From an uncultured Thermoanaerobaculia bacterium (GTDB lineage: Bacteria; Acidobacteriota; Thermoanaerobaculia; Multivoradales; Multivoraceae): a stretch of 64,000 bases of DNA. Below the pieces are notes generated by a model, which was not told the DNA's origin, made no database searches, and saw only the letters and a list, made by a program, of their open reading frames with translations. The stretch is from assembly GCA_951813015.1 (NCBI GenBank), contig CATOTG010000011.1, positions 19,843-83,842 on the forward strand, read 5' to 3'. A program made the translations under genes and the position numbers. Positions 18,212-28,305 of the stretch are shown here, piece after piece. Numbering within the stretch: the stretch's first letter is position 1; each line of letters begins with the position of its first letter.

Positions 18212-20608
18212 TCAGGGCTTCAGGTGGGTTTCGAACAGCTTGAGCACGCGGCGGTACTCGTCGAGCCAGCTCGACGGTTCGACGAAGCCGTGGGCTTCGG
18301 CCGGGTAGACGGCCAGTTCCCAGTCCTCCTTGCCGAGCTCGATCAGGCGCTGGACGAGACGAACGGAATCCTGGAAGAGGACGTTGTCGTCCAGCATGCC
18401 GGTGCAGATCAGGAGCGGCTTCCGGAGGCCCTCGGCGAACTCGATCGGCGAACTGCGCTCGTAGGCCTCGGGGTCGAGTTCCGGGGTGTTCAGGATGTTC
18501 GAGGTGTAGCCGTGGTTGTAGTGGGCCCAGTCGGTGACCGGGCGCAGCGCCGCGCCGGCGGCGAACAGTTCGGGGCGGCGGAACATGGCCATGAAGGTGA
18601 CGAACCCGCCGTAGGAGCCTCCGTAGACGCCGACCCGCTCACGGTCGACACCGTGTTCGGCAACCAGGTAGTCGACGCCGTCCGCCAGATCCTCGAGTTC
18701 GGGCGTTCCCATCTGGCGGTAGATGGCGGTGCGCCAGTCGCGCCCGTAGCCGGCGGAGGCCCGGTAGTCCATGTCCAGCACGACGTAGCCGCGGCGGGTG
18801 AGCAGGGTGTGGAACATGAACTCCCGGAAGTAGGAGGACCAGCCCTGGTGCGCGTTCTGCAGGTAGCCGGCGCCGTGGACGAAGACGACGGCGGGACGGG
18901 GGCCTCCGCCCGGTTCCTGCGGCAAATAGAGCCGAGCGTGAATCGGGCGATCCACGTGGGTCGACGGAACTTCGACGAACCGGGGCGCGGCCCAGTCGAT
19001 CTCCAGGAACTCCTGCGAAACGGTGTCGGTCAGGCGGACCGGCTCGTTCCCCGGCCCGATCTCCTGCAACCACAGTTCAGCGGGCCGCGCAGCAGTCGAA
19101 TGAACGATCAGGAGCTTGCCGTCGTCCGGTGAGAGCCGGAAGGAGTTCAGGCCGCCGAGGCTGGTGATCTGCTCCAACTCCCCGGCGCCGGCTTCGGAAG
19201 TTCCGGTGCGATAGACCTCGAAGACACCGGGGTGGCGCCGGTTCGCCTCGAAGTAGACGTAACTGCCGTCAGCCGAGACCTGCGGCGACCGGACGACGAA
19301 CGGACCTTCGGTGACCTGGACGCGCTCGCCGGTCACCGTGTCCATCAGCGTCAGGTGGGAGTAGCCGGTCTCCTCGGACAGAAAGAAGACCGTCTCCCCG
19401 TCCGGCAACCAGCCGAGATCCCGGAAGGCGTAGTTGATCCACGCCGGATCGGACATCCGGTGCAGGGGACGCAACGCGCCTTCCTCGAAGTCGATTGCCG
19501 CGATCCACCGGTCCTTGTTGTCGGTGGAGTAGGCCTGGACGACGGCACGGGTACCGTCCCGGTTGAACGAGACGGGGCCGAAACGGACGCTGCGGGGCGG
19601 CGGTTCGTCCCGCTTCGCTTCACCCTCCGGAGCTTCCTCGTCGGCGCCATCCTCGCCCGGGTCCGCGGCGTCGTCCGCCTGATCCTGCCGCGCGGCAGCC
19701 TGGCGCTGCTGCTTGCGCTCCCGGGCCGCCTCGCGCAGCTCCGCCAGGGGATCGTCGGCGATGCCCGGAAGGACCGAGACGTCGAGGGCGGTCGGCTCGG
19801 TATCGCCGCGCCGAAGGAGCACCAGGGTCTCGCCGGTCGGTTCCACCGTGCCGACCTTCATCCGGACCTCTTCGAGTTCGACCAGGCCGGTGCGCGTCAC
19901 GTAGTTCGGCATCCTGTCCCTGAGCCCCTCGTCGCGCTGGCCGGGTCGCTGGCGGACGACCAGGTGATCCAGCGCCGGCGACAGCCAGGAACCCGCGACC
20001 TCTACGTCCTTGCCGAGGTAGTGGGGCAATGCCAGGCGGCTGGGGTCCGCGGCCCGGCGTTCACGGGACACTTCCTCCCGGCGCTCGTCGCGCTCCCGCC
20101 GCAGCCGGACGATTTCGATCAGGCGCGGCTGCTGGCGCTCCAGATAGCCAGCCTCAAGATCCTCGTCGGCACGGGCGGTTTCGGGCGCCCTCGCCGCGCG
20201 GACATCGAACGGCTGCCAGATCAGGCCGGTGGCCCGCTCGCGCACGAGCCAGACGCCGTCGCGCTGAAAGGCGACATCTCCCGCGGCGGTAAAGAACGGG
20301 GCGCCCTCGCTGGCCGCGGTGCGGGTGATCTGGATCAGGCCGCCATCCGTCTCCAGATCGCGGACGAAGATGTCGCCCGCCTTGACGAAGGCGCGACGTC
20401 GCCGCTCAAGGTCCCAGTTGCCGCCGGGGGCGTCGACCGCTCCGCGGTCAACGTCCGCCACGGGGCTGGCCTGACGGTCCTCCAAGTCGACACGGTAGAG
20501 GTCGCGGGTCTCTTCGCCGGCCCGCTTGCGCAGGAAGTAGACGCTGCGGCTGTCGCTACTCCAGTACGGTCCTTCCGGCTGACGCCCCAGCCAGTCCGGG
20601 TCGGCCAT
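18212..20608 (-). CDS. S9-family serine peptidase (prolyl oligopeptidase / DPP-like) with N-terminal beta-propeller
   Basis: GxSxGG nucleophile elbow (GVYGGSYGGF) and a C-terminal alpha/beta hydrolase fold with D and H (AEAHGF). A signal-peptide-like sequence is encoded in frame upstream of the first ATG (see findings). Confidence 0.85.
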   Translation of the reverse strand: MADPDWLGRQPEGPYWSSDSRSVYFLRKRAGEETRDLYRVDLEDRQASPVADVDRGAVDAPGGNWDLERRRRAFVKAGDIFVRDLETDGGLIQITRTAASEGAPFFTAAGDVAFQRDGVWLVRERATGLIWQPFDVRAARAPETARADEDLEAGYLERQQPRLIEIVRLRRERDERREEVSRERRAADPSRLALPHYLGKDVEVAGSWLSPALDHLVVRQRPGQRDEGLRDRMPNYVTRTGLVELEEVRMKVGTVEPTGETLVLLRRGDTEPTALDVSVLPGIADDPLAELREAARERKQQRQAAARQDQADDAADPGEDGADEEAPEGEAKRDEPPPRSVRFGPVSFNRDGTRAVVQAYSTDNKDRWIAAIDFEEGALRPLHRMSDPAWINYAFRDLGWLPDGETVFFLSEETGYSHLTLMDTVTGERVQVTEGPFVVRSPQVSADGSYVYFEANRRHPGVFEVYRTGTSEAGAGELEQITSLGGLNSFRLSPDDGKLLIVHSTAARPAELWLQEIGPGNEPVRLTDTVSQEFLEIDWAAPRFVEVPSTHVDRPIHARLYLPQEPGGGPRPAVVFVHGAGYLQNAHQGWSSYFREFMFHTLLTRRGYVVLDMDYRASAGYGRDWRTAIYRQMGTPELEDLADGVDYLVAEHGVDRERVGVYGGSYGGFVTFMAMFRRPELFAAGAALRPVTDWAHYNHGYTSNILNTPELDPEAYERSSPIEFAEGLRKPLLICTGMLDDNVLFQDSVRLVQRLIELGKEDWELAVYPAEAHGFVEPSSWLDEYRRVLKLFETHLKP

Positions 20609-20700
20609 GATCCGCTCGAGACTCAGGTCATCCTGAGCCTCGACGGGAAGCGCGAGCAGGAACCCCGCCGCCAGGATCGCGCTGGCGGCCGCCGAAAGGG

Positions 20701-21759
20701 CTACTCGAGGTATGTCAGCATCTCCCGGGCGGTGGGAGCGTCCGCGTGATCCGGCGCCAGGCTGAGGAACTTCTCGAACTGGACCTTCGCCTTGGCGGGA
20801 TCGCTGCCGGCGTAGCAGATGCCCAGCATGTAGTTCGCTTCGGGGTGGTTCGGATCCGCGGCGAGGAGTTTCTCAAGCTCGACCTGCGCTTCCGGAATCT
20901 GGCCGGAGTTGAGCAGGTCGGCCGCCTTGTTGAACATGTTCTTGCCGGCCTTGCCCATGTCCGACGCCTGGAGCGCCTTGAGGGCGGCTTCGGCCTTGTC
21001 GTCCATGCCGAGGGCGTCGTAGCCCGCATAGAGAATCTGGTTCATGTTCTCCAGGTCTTCGCCTTCCGCCGCGACCTTCTCCGCGTACTCCACCGCTCTG
21101 ACGTGATCGCCGCGGTGGGAGTAGACGCGCGCCAGGCCGCCCATCGCGGAAACGTGGTCCGCCTTCTTCTCGAGAGCGCTCACGAACATGAGTTCCGCCG
21201 TGTCGTAGTCACCGGAGTTCAGGGCGTTGCTGCCCTGGTTGTAGAGCTTGATCGCGTTGCCGCGCGCCTGCGCTTCGAGGTCGATTTCCGGCGCCGCGCC
21301 CAGGTCGCCGCCCAAGGCGGCCTGAGCCTGCTGGGCGTTCTCGATCGAAGTGAGGTTCCAGTCGCCGCCTCCCGAGAGCTGGCTGAGCCTCGTCTCCTGA
21401 CGCGCGGGAATTCGCACGTTGCCGACCCGCCGGGGCACGTAGCCTTCCTTCTTCAGTTCGACGCTGAAGCCCGAGCGTTCGTGCTTGACCACGTTCTTCA
21501 GCATGATCCGGAAGCGGCCGTTCTTCCCCGACATGTGTTCCTCGCGGAAGCTCGGAGCCTCCGGGTCGGTGAAGATGATCTGGACGCCTTCGAGCGTTTC
21601 GCCCGTGTTGGCGTCGAAGATCTGTCCGTACACGGTGCCCGGCAGTTGTGCCGCCACCGGTCCGGCCAGAACCAGGGAAAGACCGGCAACAACCGCCGCG
21701 AGCACGATGGCGGCCCGCGCCGTCGGTTCGATGGTCCACGATTCGCTAATCGACTTCAT
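20701..21759 (-). CDS. secreted TPR-repeat protein with N-terminal CarboxypepD_reg-like domain
   Basis: Signal peptide, then GTVYGQIFDANTGETLEGVQIIF...GRFRI (carboxypeptidase-regulatory-like), then several TPR-like helices. Confidence 0.7.
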   Translation of the reverse strand: MKSISESWTIEPTARAAIVLAAVVAGLSLVLAGPVAAQLPGTVYGQIFDANTGETLEGVQIIFTDPEAPSFREEHMSGKNGRFRIMLKNVVKHERSGFSVELKKEGYVPRRVGNVRIPARQETRLSQLSGGGDWNLTSIENAQQAQAALGGDLGAAPEIDLEAQARGNAIKLYNQGSNALNSGDYDTAELMFVSALEKKADHVSAMGGLARVYSHRGDHVRAVEYAEKVAAEGEDLENMNQILYAGYDALGMDDKAEAALKALQASDMGKAGKNMFNKAADLLNSGQIPEAQVELEKLLAADPNHPEANYMLGICYAGSDPAKAKVQFEKFLSLAPDHADAPTAREMLTYLE

Positions 21760-21790
21760 GGCTTCCTCCTTCGCCCGCTTACGCTGCTCG

Positions 21791-21852
21791 ACAATCTCCC
21801 GCAGAATCTCCCGCAGCCAGAATCTCCCGCAGCCAGAATCTCCCGCAGCCAG
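21791..21852. repeat. 16-bp tandem repeat (aatctcccgcagccag), about 3.9 units, in a divergent intergenic region
   Basis: acaatctcccgcag + 3 x aatctcccgcagccag lies between the TPR gene start (21759, minus) and the cca start (21877, plus). Confidence 0.9.
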
Positions 21853-21876
21853 GATCGCCCATAGAATAACAGAGCC

Positions 21877-23327
21877 GTGCTTCGGGATCCTGGCTCAGGC
21901 TTCGAGCGCAATCCGGCCTGGCCGAGGGTACTGGAGATCTGCCGGGCCGCGGCGGCGGGAGGTGGATCCATGCGCATCGTCGGCGGCTGCGTTCGGGATG
22001 CTCTCCTCGGCCGCGGGTTCCACGAGTTCGACCTGGAGGCGTTTCGGCTCACGCCGGAGGCGTTGCAGGACCTGCTGAGAGGTCTGGGCTACCAGGTGGA
22101 CCAGGTGGGGCGCGCGTTCTCCGTTGCCAAGTTGCGCGGCCTTCCGATCGATGTCGCCCTGCCGCGGCGAGAGCGGCGGGTGGGGAGGCGTCACCGGGAC
22201 TTCGTCGTCGACGCGGATCCGAACATGGGAGTGGAGGAGGCGGCCGAGCGCAGGGACTTCACGATCAACGCGATCTCGTACGACCCTTTGAACGGACGGG
22301 TCGACGACCCCCTGAACGGCCGGGAGGACCTGGAGAGACGGCGGCTTCGTCACGCGTCGCACCGCTTTGCGGAGGACCCGCTGCGAGTGTTGCGCGGGAT
22401 GCAGTTCATTGCCCGGCTGGGGTTCGAGTCCGATCCGGAAACCGAGACTCTCTGCTCCCGCATCGACTGGTTGGACCTGAGCATCGAGCGCGTGTTCGAG
22501 GAGTGGCGCAAGATGCTCGTCGACGGCGTCGAGATCGGACGCGGGCTCCGTTTTCTGCAGGCGGTCGGGTGGTTGCCGGCCTACCCGGAGCTTCAAGCCC
22601 TGGTCGGTTGCGAGCAGGATCCGGAGTGGCACCCCGAAGGCGACGTCTGGACCCACACCGGGCACGTCCTCGACGCCTTCGCCCGGGACCGGCTCGATGA
22701 CGAAGAGGAGGATTTCGTCGTGGGACTTGCCTGCCTGTGCCACGATCTGGGAAAGCCGGCGACCACCCGGTTCGTCGACGGTCGGGTGCGCTCGCGCGGA
22801 CACGAGGCCGCGGGCGAGGGGCCGACCCGCACGTTCCTCGCGCGGCTGACGAACCGCCCCCGACTGGTCAACGACGTGGTGCGCCTGGTCGTCGACCACC
22901 TGAAACCGCGCCAGCTCTACCAGGGCGGCGCCGGCGATGCCGCCGTCCGCCGTCTTGCCCACCGCGTCAGGCGGATTGACCGCCTCGTGCGGGTGGCCCG
23001 GGCGGACGCTCTCGGACGGCCCCCCGCTCCAGCCTGACGAGTGCCGCGACTGCGACTGGCTGCTGGCGCGCGCGAAGGCGCTGCGGATCCGGGACCAGGC
23101 GCCGGCGCCGATGGTCCGCGGTCGGGACCTCATCGATCGCGGCATGGCGCCGGGGACCGGCGGTCGGCGACATGGTCGATCGCTGCTACCAGGCCCAGTT
23201 GAACGGCGACATCGGGTCCAGGGGCGACGCCCTGCGCTACCTCGACCGGATGCTGCGGCGGGAGTCCGCCGGGGAACCGGCGGAGACGGGGAACGAGCCG
23301 ACGGCGCCCGAGGCGAACCGCCGGTAA
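21877..23327 (+). CDS. cca: tRNA nucleotidyltransferase (CCA-adding enzyme / poly(A) polymerase family) with HD domain; two apparent frameshifts
   Basis: VGGCVRDALLG...DLE nucleotidyltransferase head and an HD region (LCHDLGKP). The sequence continues in the +1 frame after the C6 run at 23010-23015 (..ADALGRPP|LQPDECRDC..VRGRDLIDRGMAPG), and again after about 23152-23160 (|PAVGDMVDRCYQAQLNGDI...). The stop is TAA 23325-23327. Confidence 0.75.
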
Positions 23328-23331
23328 CCCG

Positions 23332-24009
23332 ATGGGCGAAACAAGGACCGGAGGCGGGTCGTCCCTGCAACCAGAGGACGATGACTTGCCAGCACAGAAA
23401 CCGCGGGTCCGGGAGCGGGCCGGTGGAAAAGCCGATGGCCCCGAGGACGGTGAACTCGTTCGGCGCACCGCGGCCGGCGATCAGGAGGCGTTCGAGAACC
23501 TCGTCGTGCGTTACGAGGTACCGCTGCGCAAGCTGGTCTACGGCTACGTGCTGGACTGGGAGACCGCGGAGGACGTGGCCCAGGACGCCTTTCTGCTGGC
23601 CTTCCGGAAACTCGACCGTCTCGACGAGCACGCGGCCTTCAAGAGCTGGCTCTACCGGATTGCGATCAACCGGGCACACGACGAGCTGCGGCGCAAGTCG
23701 CGCTGGAGACGGCGGCTGGACAGCAACGTGGGGGACGAAGCTCTCGCCGAACTGCCGGCGGTGGGCGCCGAATCGGCTGTCGAGGCACGGCTGCTGCGGC
23801 GCAGCGTCGTTGGCGGGCTGGCAAGGTTGCCGAAGGCGCAGCGTTCGGCGGTCGTGTTGAAGGATGTGGTGGGGATGAAGTACGTGGAGATCGCGGAGCT
23901 GCTGGACTGTCCGATCGGAACCGTGCAGATCAGGGTCCATCGGGGCCGGCGCAGTTTGCGGCGTTTGATCGGCGAGGCGGGCTCCAGGGCGGGAGGACGT
24001 GGACGATGA
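23332..24009 (+). CDS. ECF-type RNA polymerase sigma-70 factor
   Basis: Region 2 (AFENLVVRYEVPLRKLVYGYV..AEDVAQDAFL) and region 4 (RSAVVLKDVVGMKYVEIAELLDCPIGTVQIRVHRGR). Confidence 0.9.
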   Translation: MGETRTGGGSSLQPEDDDLPAQKPRVRERAGGKADGPEDGELVRRTAAGDQEAFENLVVRYEVPLRKLVYGYVLDWETAEDVAQDAFLLAFRKLDRLDEHAAFKSWLYRIAINRAHDELRRKSRWRRRLDSNVGDEALAELPAVGAESAVEARLLRRSVVGGLARLPKAQRSAVVLKDVVGMKYVEIAELLDCPIGTVQIRVHRGRRSLRRLIGEAGSRAGGRGR

Positions 24010-24479
24010 CGGATGTTGAGCGAGCAGCACGACCGGTTGAGTCCGGTACGGACCTGGACTCCTGGTTCGAAGGACTGCGGCAAGAGTGCGCGAAACCGCC
24101 GGCGGCGCCGGGCTTTCTGGCCGGTTTTCGCGTTCGCCGCGACACCGAGAGCGCTTCCGCAGGAAGCGGCAGAGAAGGGCTCGAGCGGAACGATCAGGCC
24201 GAGCGATGGCGGTTGCTGGCCCTGCGCCTGGCGCCGGCCGGAGCGCTGGCGGCCACTGTCGCGATAGCCATCACGCTGGGCGCCGGGCTTTCGTCAACCG
24301 AGCCGGCGCTTTCGTCAACCGAGCCGGAAGGCGCGGTTGAGGCGCCTGAGATCGTGGACTATCCGGATCCCTTCGCGGCCGGGATGGAAGAGGCCGGCGT
24401 GGCAAGTGTGGGAATGAGCGACGACGAGGCCGGCTATGAACTCGTCGCCGTGCTCTACGACCCGCTGGGGACACGGTGA
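24006..24479 (+). CDS. putative anti-sigma factor (single TM)
   Basis: Overlaps the sigma-factor stop (ATGA) and has one TM segment (LAPAGALAATVAIAITLGAGL). The call rests on position only. Confidence 0.5.
   Translation: MTDVERAARPVESGTDLDSWFEGLRQECAKPPAAPGFLAGFRVRRDTESASAGSGREGLERNDQAERWRLLALRLAPAGALAATVAIAITLGAGLSSTEPALSSTEPEGAVEAPEIVDYPDPFAAGMEEAGVASVGMSDDEAGYELVAVLYDPLGTR
24149..24177. repeat. solo copy of the hairpin repeat found in the tolB 5' array
   Basis: agcgcttccgcaggaagcggcag (stem cgcttcc / ggaagcg, loop gca) is identical over 23 nt to the units at 63368-63530. Here it lies inside the anti-sigma ORF. Confidence 0.8.
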
Positions 24480-25042
24480 TGGCGAACGGACCCACGCGAC
24501 TGTGGATGGTGCTGGCTCTGGGCTCGGTGCTGATCGTGGGACTGAGCGCCGGCCTGCTGGCGGACCGGCTCCTGGCTGAGCGCCAGGTCGTCGAGGTCGA
24601 GAAGGCGGCGCCGGAGAAGACCCGAGGCGCCCACCCGCCGACGTTCCACTTCGATTGTCCCGACCCGGAAGCGACTCCCGCCGCTGCGACCGGGAACGCC
24701 GGTTCGCAGGAGCGTCCGGACGCGGCGCATTCCGAGGAATTCCTGAAGCACCGATCGAGGACGACCCGTCGCATGGCGCGGCATCTTGATCTCGAAGCCG
24801 AGCAGGTCGAGGCGCTCGAACCGATCGTCGAACAGGCGATGTTGAGGGGGCGCCGGTACTGGAGCGGCGCGCGCGACGAGTTCTGCTCCATGCAGCGCGA
24901 GTTTCACCGGCAGGTGAGCGAGTTGCTCAGCCCCGAGCAGGCCGTTCGCTTCGACGAGATGCGGCTGGAGTTGACGGAACGGGGCCGGCGCCACCGAGGT
25001 CGGAACGACGACGACCACCGTGACTCGGGAGGGTGCCGCTGA
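24476..25042 (+). CDS. periplasmic Spy/CpxP-like (LTxxQ-type) protein, putative
   Basis: N-terminal TM/signal segment and a helical, charged C-terminal part with an LSPEQ motif. The stop overlaps the RND start. Confidence 0.4.
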   Translation: MMANGPTRLWMVLALGSVLIVGLSAGLLADRLLAERQVVEVEKAAPEKTRGAHPPTFHFDCPDPEATPAAATGNAGSQERPDAAHSEEFLKHRSRTTRRMARHLDLEAEQVEALEPIVEQAMLRGRRYWSGARDEFCSMQREFHRQVSELLSPEQAVRFDEMRLELTERGRRHRGRNDDDHRDSGGCR

Positions 25043-28000
25043 TGACTGCGGAAGAACACGTAAGCGCGCGGACCGGTTCGTCCAGGGATCCGGAGCGGCC
25101 GGAGTCGTCTCCGCCGGAGGCCGAGGCGCACCGCCACGTCCACCCGCTCATCCGCTTCGCGGTCGAGCGCCGGGTGACGATGTTCATGGCGACCCTGGGC
25201 CTGCTGGTGCTCGGCTGGCTTTCCCTTACCCGGCTGCCGCTGGAGTTCCTGCCCCTGTTCCAGTCATCCAACATCTCGGTCCGGGTGCCCTACCAGTCGT
25301 CCTCTCCGGAGGAGGTCGCACGGTCGATCGTCTGGCCCCTCGAAGACAGCCTGGGGACGATCAACGGCGTCCGGCTGCTTCGTTCGCGGGCCAGCGGCAA
25401 CTCGGCCTCGGTCGATATCGAGTTCCGGGACGGAACCGATATGGAGTTGGCGGCCGTCGACGTCCGCGACCGGATCGACCGGGTGCGCAATGAACTGCCC
25501 AGTGACGTGGAGCAGGTCTACGTCCGCCGCTTCGAGAGCACGGACATTCCGGTTCTCCGCAGCAGTCTCAGTGCTTCGTGGACCCAGGACGAACTGAACG
25601 ACTTCGTGGAGGACGTACTCCTGCCGCGGATCGAGCGGCTGGAGGGCGTGGCGCAGGCGGAAGTGTGGGGCATGCTGAGCCGGGAACTGCGCATCGAATT
25701 GCTGCCCGACCGCATGGCGGCGCACGGCGTGGACATTCGCGAGCTCCGCCAGGTCCTGCAGAGCAACCACGTCAACGTGTCGGGCGGGACCCTGCGCGAG
25801 GGGAGCCGCCGGCTGCTGGTCCGCACGATCGGCGAGTTCCGGACGCCCGACGAGATCCGGCGTCTGCCGATCCGCGGCGACGGCCTGCGGGTGGCCGATA
25901 TCGCCGACGTGAAGTTCGGCTATCCGGACAAGTACGAGTACAGCTTCCTGAACGGGTCGGAGGCGATCAGCCTGAGCGTGAACAAGGCCTCAGACGCCAA
26001 TCTGCTGGAGGTCGTGAGCCGGGTCAAGGAGGAGCTGGAAGCGATCCGGCAGACGCCCGAGGGCGAGGGCCTCGAGTTCCGCCACTTCCACGACACCTCG
26101 GTCGAGGTGCGCCAGGGGCTGACCGAGCTGGGCCGCAGCGGCCTCATCGGCGGCGGTCTGGCGATCGTCTTCATGTTCCTCTTCCTGAGGAAGTTCCGGA
26201 CCACGCTGCTGGTGGCCCTTGCGGTTCCGCTGTCCCTGGTCATGACCTTCGTCATGATGTACCTCGGCCGGCAGGCCGGAGTCACCGAGATCACGCTGAA
26301 CGTGATGAGCCTGATGGGGCTGATGCTCGCGATCGGGATGCTCCTCGACAACTCGATCGTGGTGATCGAGTCGATCTTCCGTCACCGGCAGGAGCTCGGC
26401 GCGAGTGCGAAGGAAGCCGCCCTGTGCGGCGCCAGCGACGTCGCGATGCCGATCATCTGCTCGACGATGACCACGATGTGCGTGTTCGTGCCGTTCATCT
26501 TCTTCGGCAGCGGCGGCGGCGGGCCGGGCAGCTTCTCGCGCTTCATGGGCGACATCGGCACAACGGTGTGCGTCGTCATGCTCGGGTCCCTGGTCATCTC
26601 CCTGACCGTGGTGCCGATGATCGCGGCGATCCTGCTCAAGTCGGAGAGCAAGCGCCGGTTCAAGCTGCTCGACCGGATCAGCGAGTGGTACGGGGCGACG
26701 CTCGGCTTCACCCTCCGCCACCGCTTCGTGTTCACCGTGGTGATCGGAGCGCTGCTCTACGGTTCCTGGCAGCTGTACAACAGCATCGAGCGGAGTTTCA
26801 ACCAGCAGTCCCAGGGCAGGGCGCTGACCGTCTTCGTCGACACGCCGCGACAGATGGGAATGGACGAGCGCCTGGCTCTCTACGACGAGGTCTACACGCT
26901 GCTCGATTCCAGGCGCGACGAGTGGGAGATCGCCGACATCGCCCATCAGGTACGCCGCGGCGGCGGCCGCAGCCGGGGATACGGCGGCGGCAACCGCTTC
27001 GAGGTCTATCTCAAGCCGGAGGAGGTCTCGGAGCTTTCCACGGACGAGGTCACCGAGCTCATCCGGGAGGCGATGCCGCAGCGGGTGGGCGTGCTGTTCA
27101 AACTCGCCCGCACCGAGTTCGGGCCGCCGGGTTCCGGGAGATCCGGAGTCGAGGTGGAACTGATCGGCGACGACATGGGCACACTCGAGCTTCTGGTGCC
27201 GCGAATCACCCAACGGCTGCGCCAGATTCCCATCGTCGGCGACATCGACAACTCGTTCGAGAGCGGCGACGACGAGATCCGGGTGACGGTGAACCGCGAG
27301 CGAGCGCTCCAGGGCGGCCTCTCGAGTCAGGCGGTGGCAATGACGGTCAACGGCGCGCTGTCAAGCCGTTCGCTGGCGTACTTCAAGACCGCGGAGCGCG
27401 AGATCGGCATGGTCATGCAGTACCGCGAGGAAGACCGCGAGACGCTCGATCAGTTGCGAAAGATGCCGGTCCTCGTGTCGGACCCGAACGGCGAGTCGGG
27501 AGGGGTCACCCTGCCGATCTCGAGCCTTGCCTCGTTCGACATCCGGAGCGGCCCGTCCGAGGTCGAGCGCGAGAATCGCCGCGCCAAGGTGGAGATTGAC
27601 GCGACGGCCGCGGGCGGCGTCCCGGGCTTCATGCTGCGGAGGCCGGTGCAGATGGCGCTCGCGGACGTGCCGCTGCCGCCGGGCTACGAGTGGTCGCTGG
27701 GCAGGAGGTTCATGGAGGCCGAGGAGGACGCGTCGCGCGCCGTTCTGGCGTTCATCCTCGCCGCGATACTGATCTACATGATCATGGCGGCCCTGTTCGA
27801 GGACTTCCTCCAGCCCTTCACGATCATGCTGTCGATTCCCTTCGCCTTCATCGGCGTCGGCCTGATCATGTACCTCGCCGGCCAGCCGAGGTCCGACTCG
27901 TCGAACATGGGGCTTCTCATCCTGGCCGGAATCGTGGTGAACAACGCGATCGTCCTGATCGACCACATCAACCGGCTGCGCCGCGAGGGCCTGGGCCGCT

Positions 28001-28305
28001 ATGACGCGATCGTTCTGGGCGGCAAGCACCGGTTGCGGCCCATCCTGATGACGGCGGTCACGACGATCCTGGGCCTGTCGCCCATGGTCGCGCCGTTCTT
28101 CCTGCCCCAAGTGTTCGGGCAGCCCGAGGGTCGGGCGGCCTTCTGGGCGCCGGTGGGTCTCGTCATTCTGGGCGGTCTGACCACCTCGACCTTCCTGACC
28201 CTGCTTGTGATTCCGACGGTCTATTCCCTGGTCGACGACGTGAAGCTCTTCGTCCAGCGGGTTGTGCGGGCGGCAGTCGCCGTTCCGCGGAGAAAGATGG
28301 CATGA
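25042..28305 (+). CDS. RND efflux transporter permease (AcrB/HAE-like) 1
   Basis: About 1,090 aa with 12-TM AcrB architecture (RVTMFMATLGLLVLG..., NNAIVLIDHINRLRREG). ATG 25042 overlaps the upstream stop (TGATG); GTG 25033 is an alternative. Confidence 0.9.
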   Translation: MTAEEHVSARTGSSRDPERPESSPPEAEAHRHVHPLIRFAVERRVTMFMATLGLLVLGWLSLTRLPLEFLPLFQSSNISVRVPYQSSSPEEVARSIVWPLEDSLGTINGVRLLRSRASGNSASVDIEFRDGTDMELAAVDVRDRIDRVRNELPSDVEQVYVRRFESTDIPVLRSSLSASWTQDELNDFVEDVLLPRIERLEGVAQAEVWGMLSRELRIELLPDRMAAHGVDIRELRQVLQSNHVNVSGGTLREGSRRLLVRTIGEFRTPDEIRRLPIRGDGLRVADIADVKFGYPDKYEYSFLNGSEAISLSVNKASDANLLEVVSRVKEELEAIRQTPEGEGLEFRHFHDTSVEVRQGLTELGRSGLIGGGLAIVFMFLFLRKFRTTLLVALAVPLSLVMTFVMMYLGRQAGVTEITLNVMSLMGLMLAIGMLLDNSIVVIESIFRHRQELGASAKEAALCGASDVAMPIICSTMTTMCVFVPFIFFGSGGGGPGSFSRFMGDIGTTVCVVMLGSLVISLTVVPMIAAILLKSESKRRFKLLDRISEWYGATLGFTLRHRFVFTVVIGALLYGSWQLYNSIERSFNQQSQGRALTVFVDTPRQMGMDERLALYDEVYTLLDSRRDEWEIADIAHQVRRGGGRSRGYGGGNRFEVYLKPEEVSELSTDEVTELIREAMPQRVGVLFKLARTEFGPPGSGRSGVEVELIGDDMGTLELLVPRITQRLRQIPIVGDIDNSFESGDDEIRVTVNRERALQGGLSSQAVAMTVNGALSSRSLAYFKTAEREIGMVMQYREEDRETLDQLRKMPVLVSDPNGESGGVTLPISSLASFDIRSGPSEVERENRRAKVEIDATAAGGVPGFMLRRPVQMALADVPLPPGYEWSLGRRFMEAEEDASRAVLAFILAAILIYMIMAALFEDFLQPFTIMLSIPFAFIGVGLIMYLAGQPRSDSSNMGLLILAGIVVNNAIVLIDHINRLRREGLGRYDAIVLGGKHRLRPILMTAVTTILGLSPMVAPFFLPQVFGQPEGRAAFWAPVGLVILGGLTTSTFLTLLVIPTVYSLVDDVKLFVQRVVRAAVAVPRRKMA

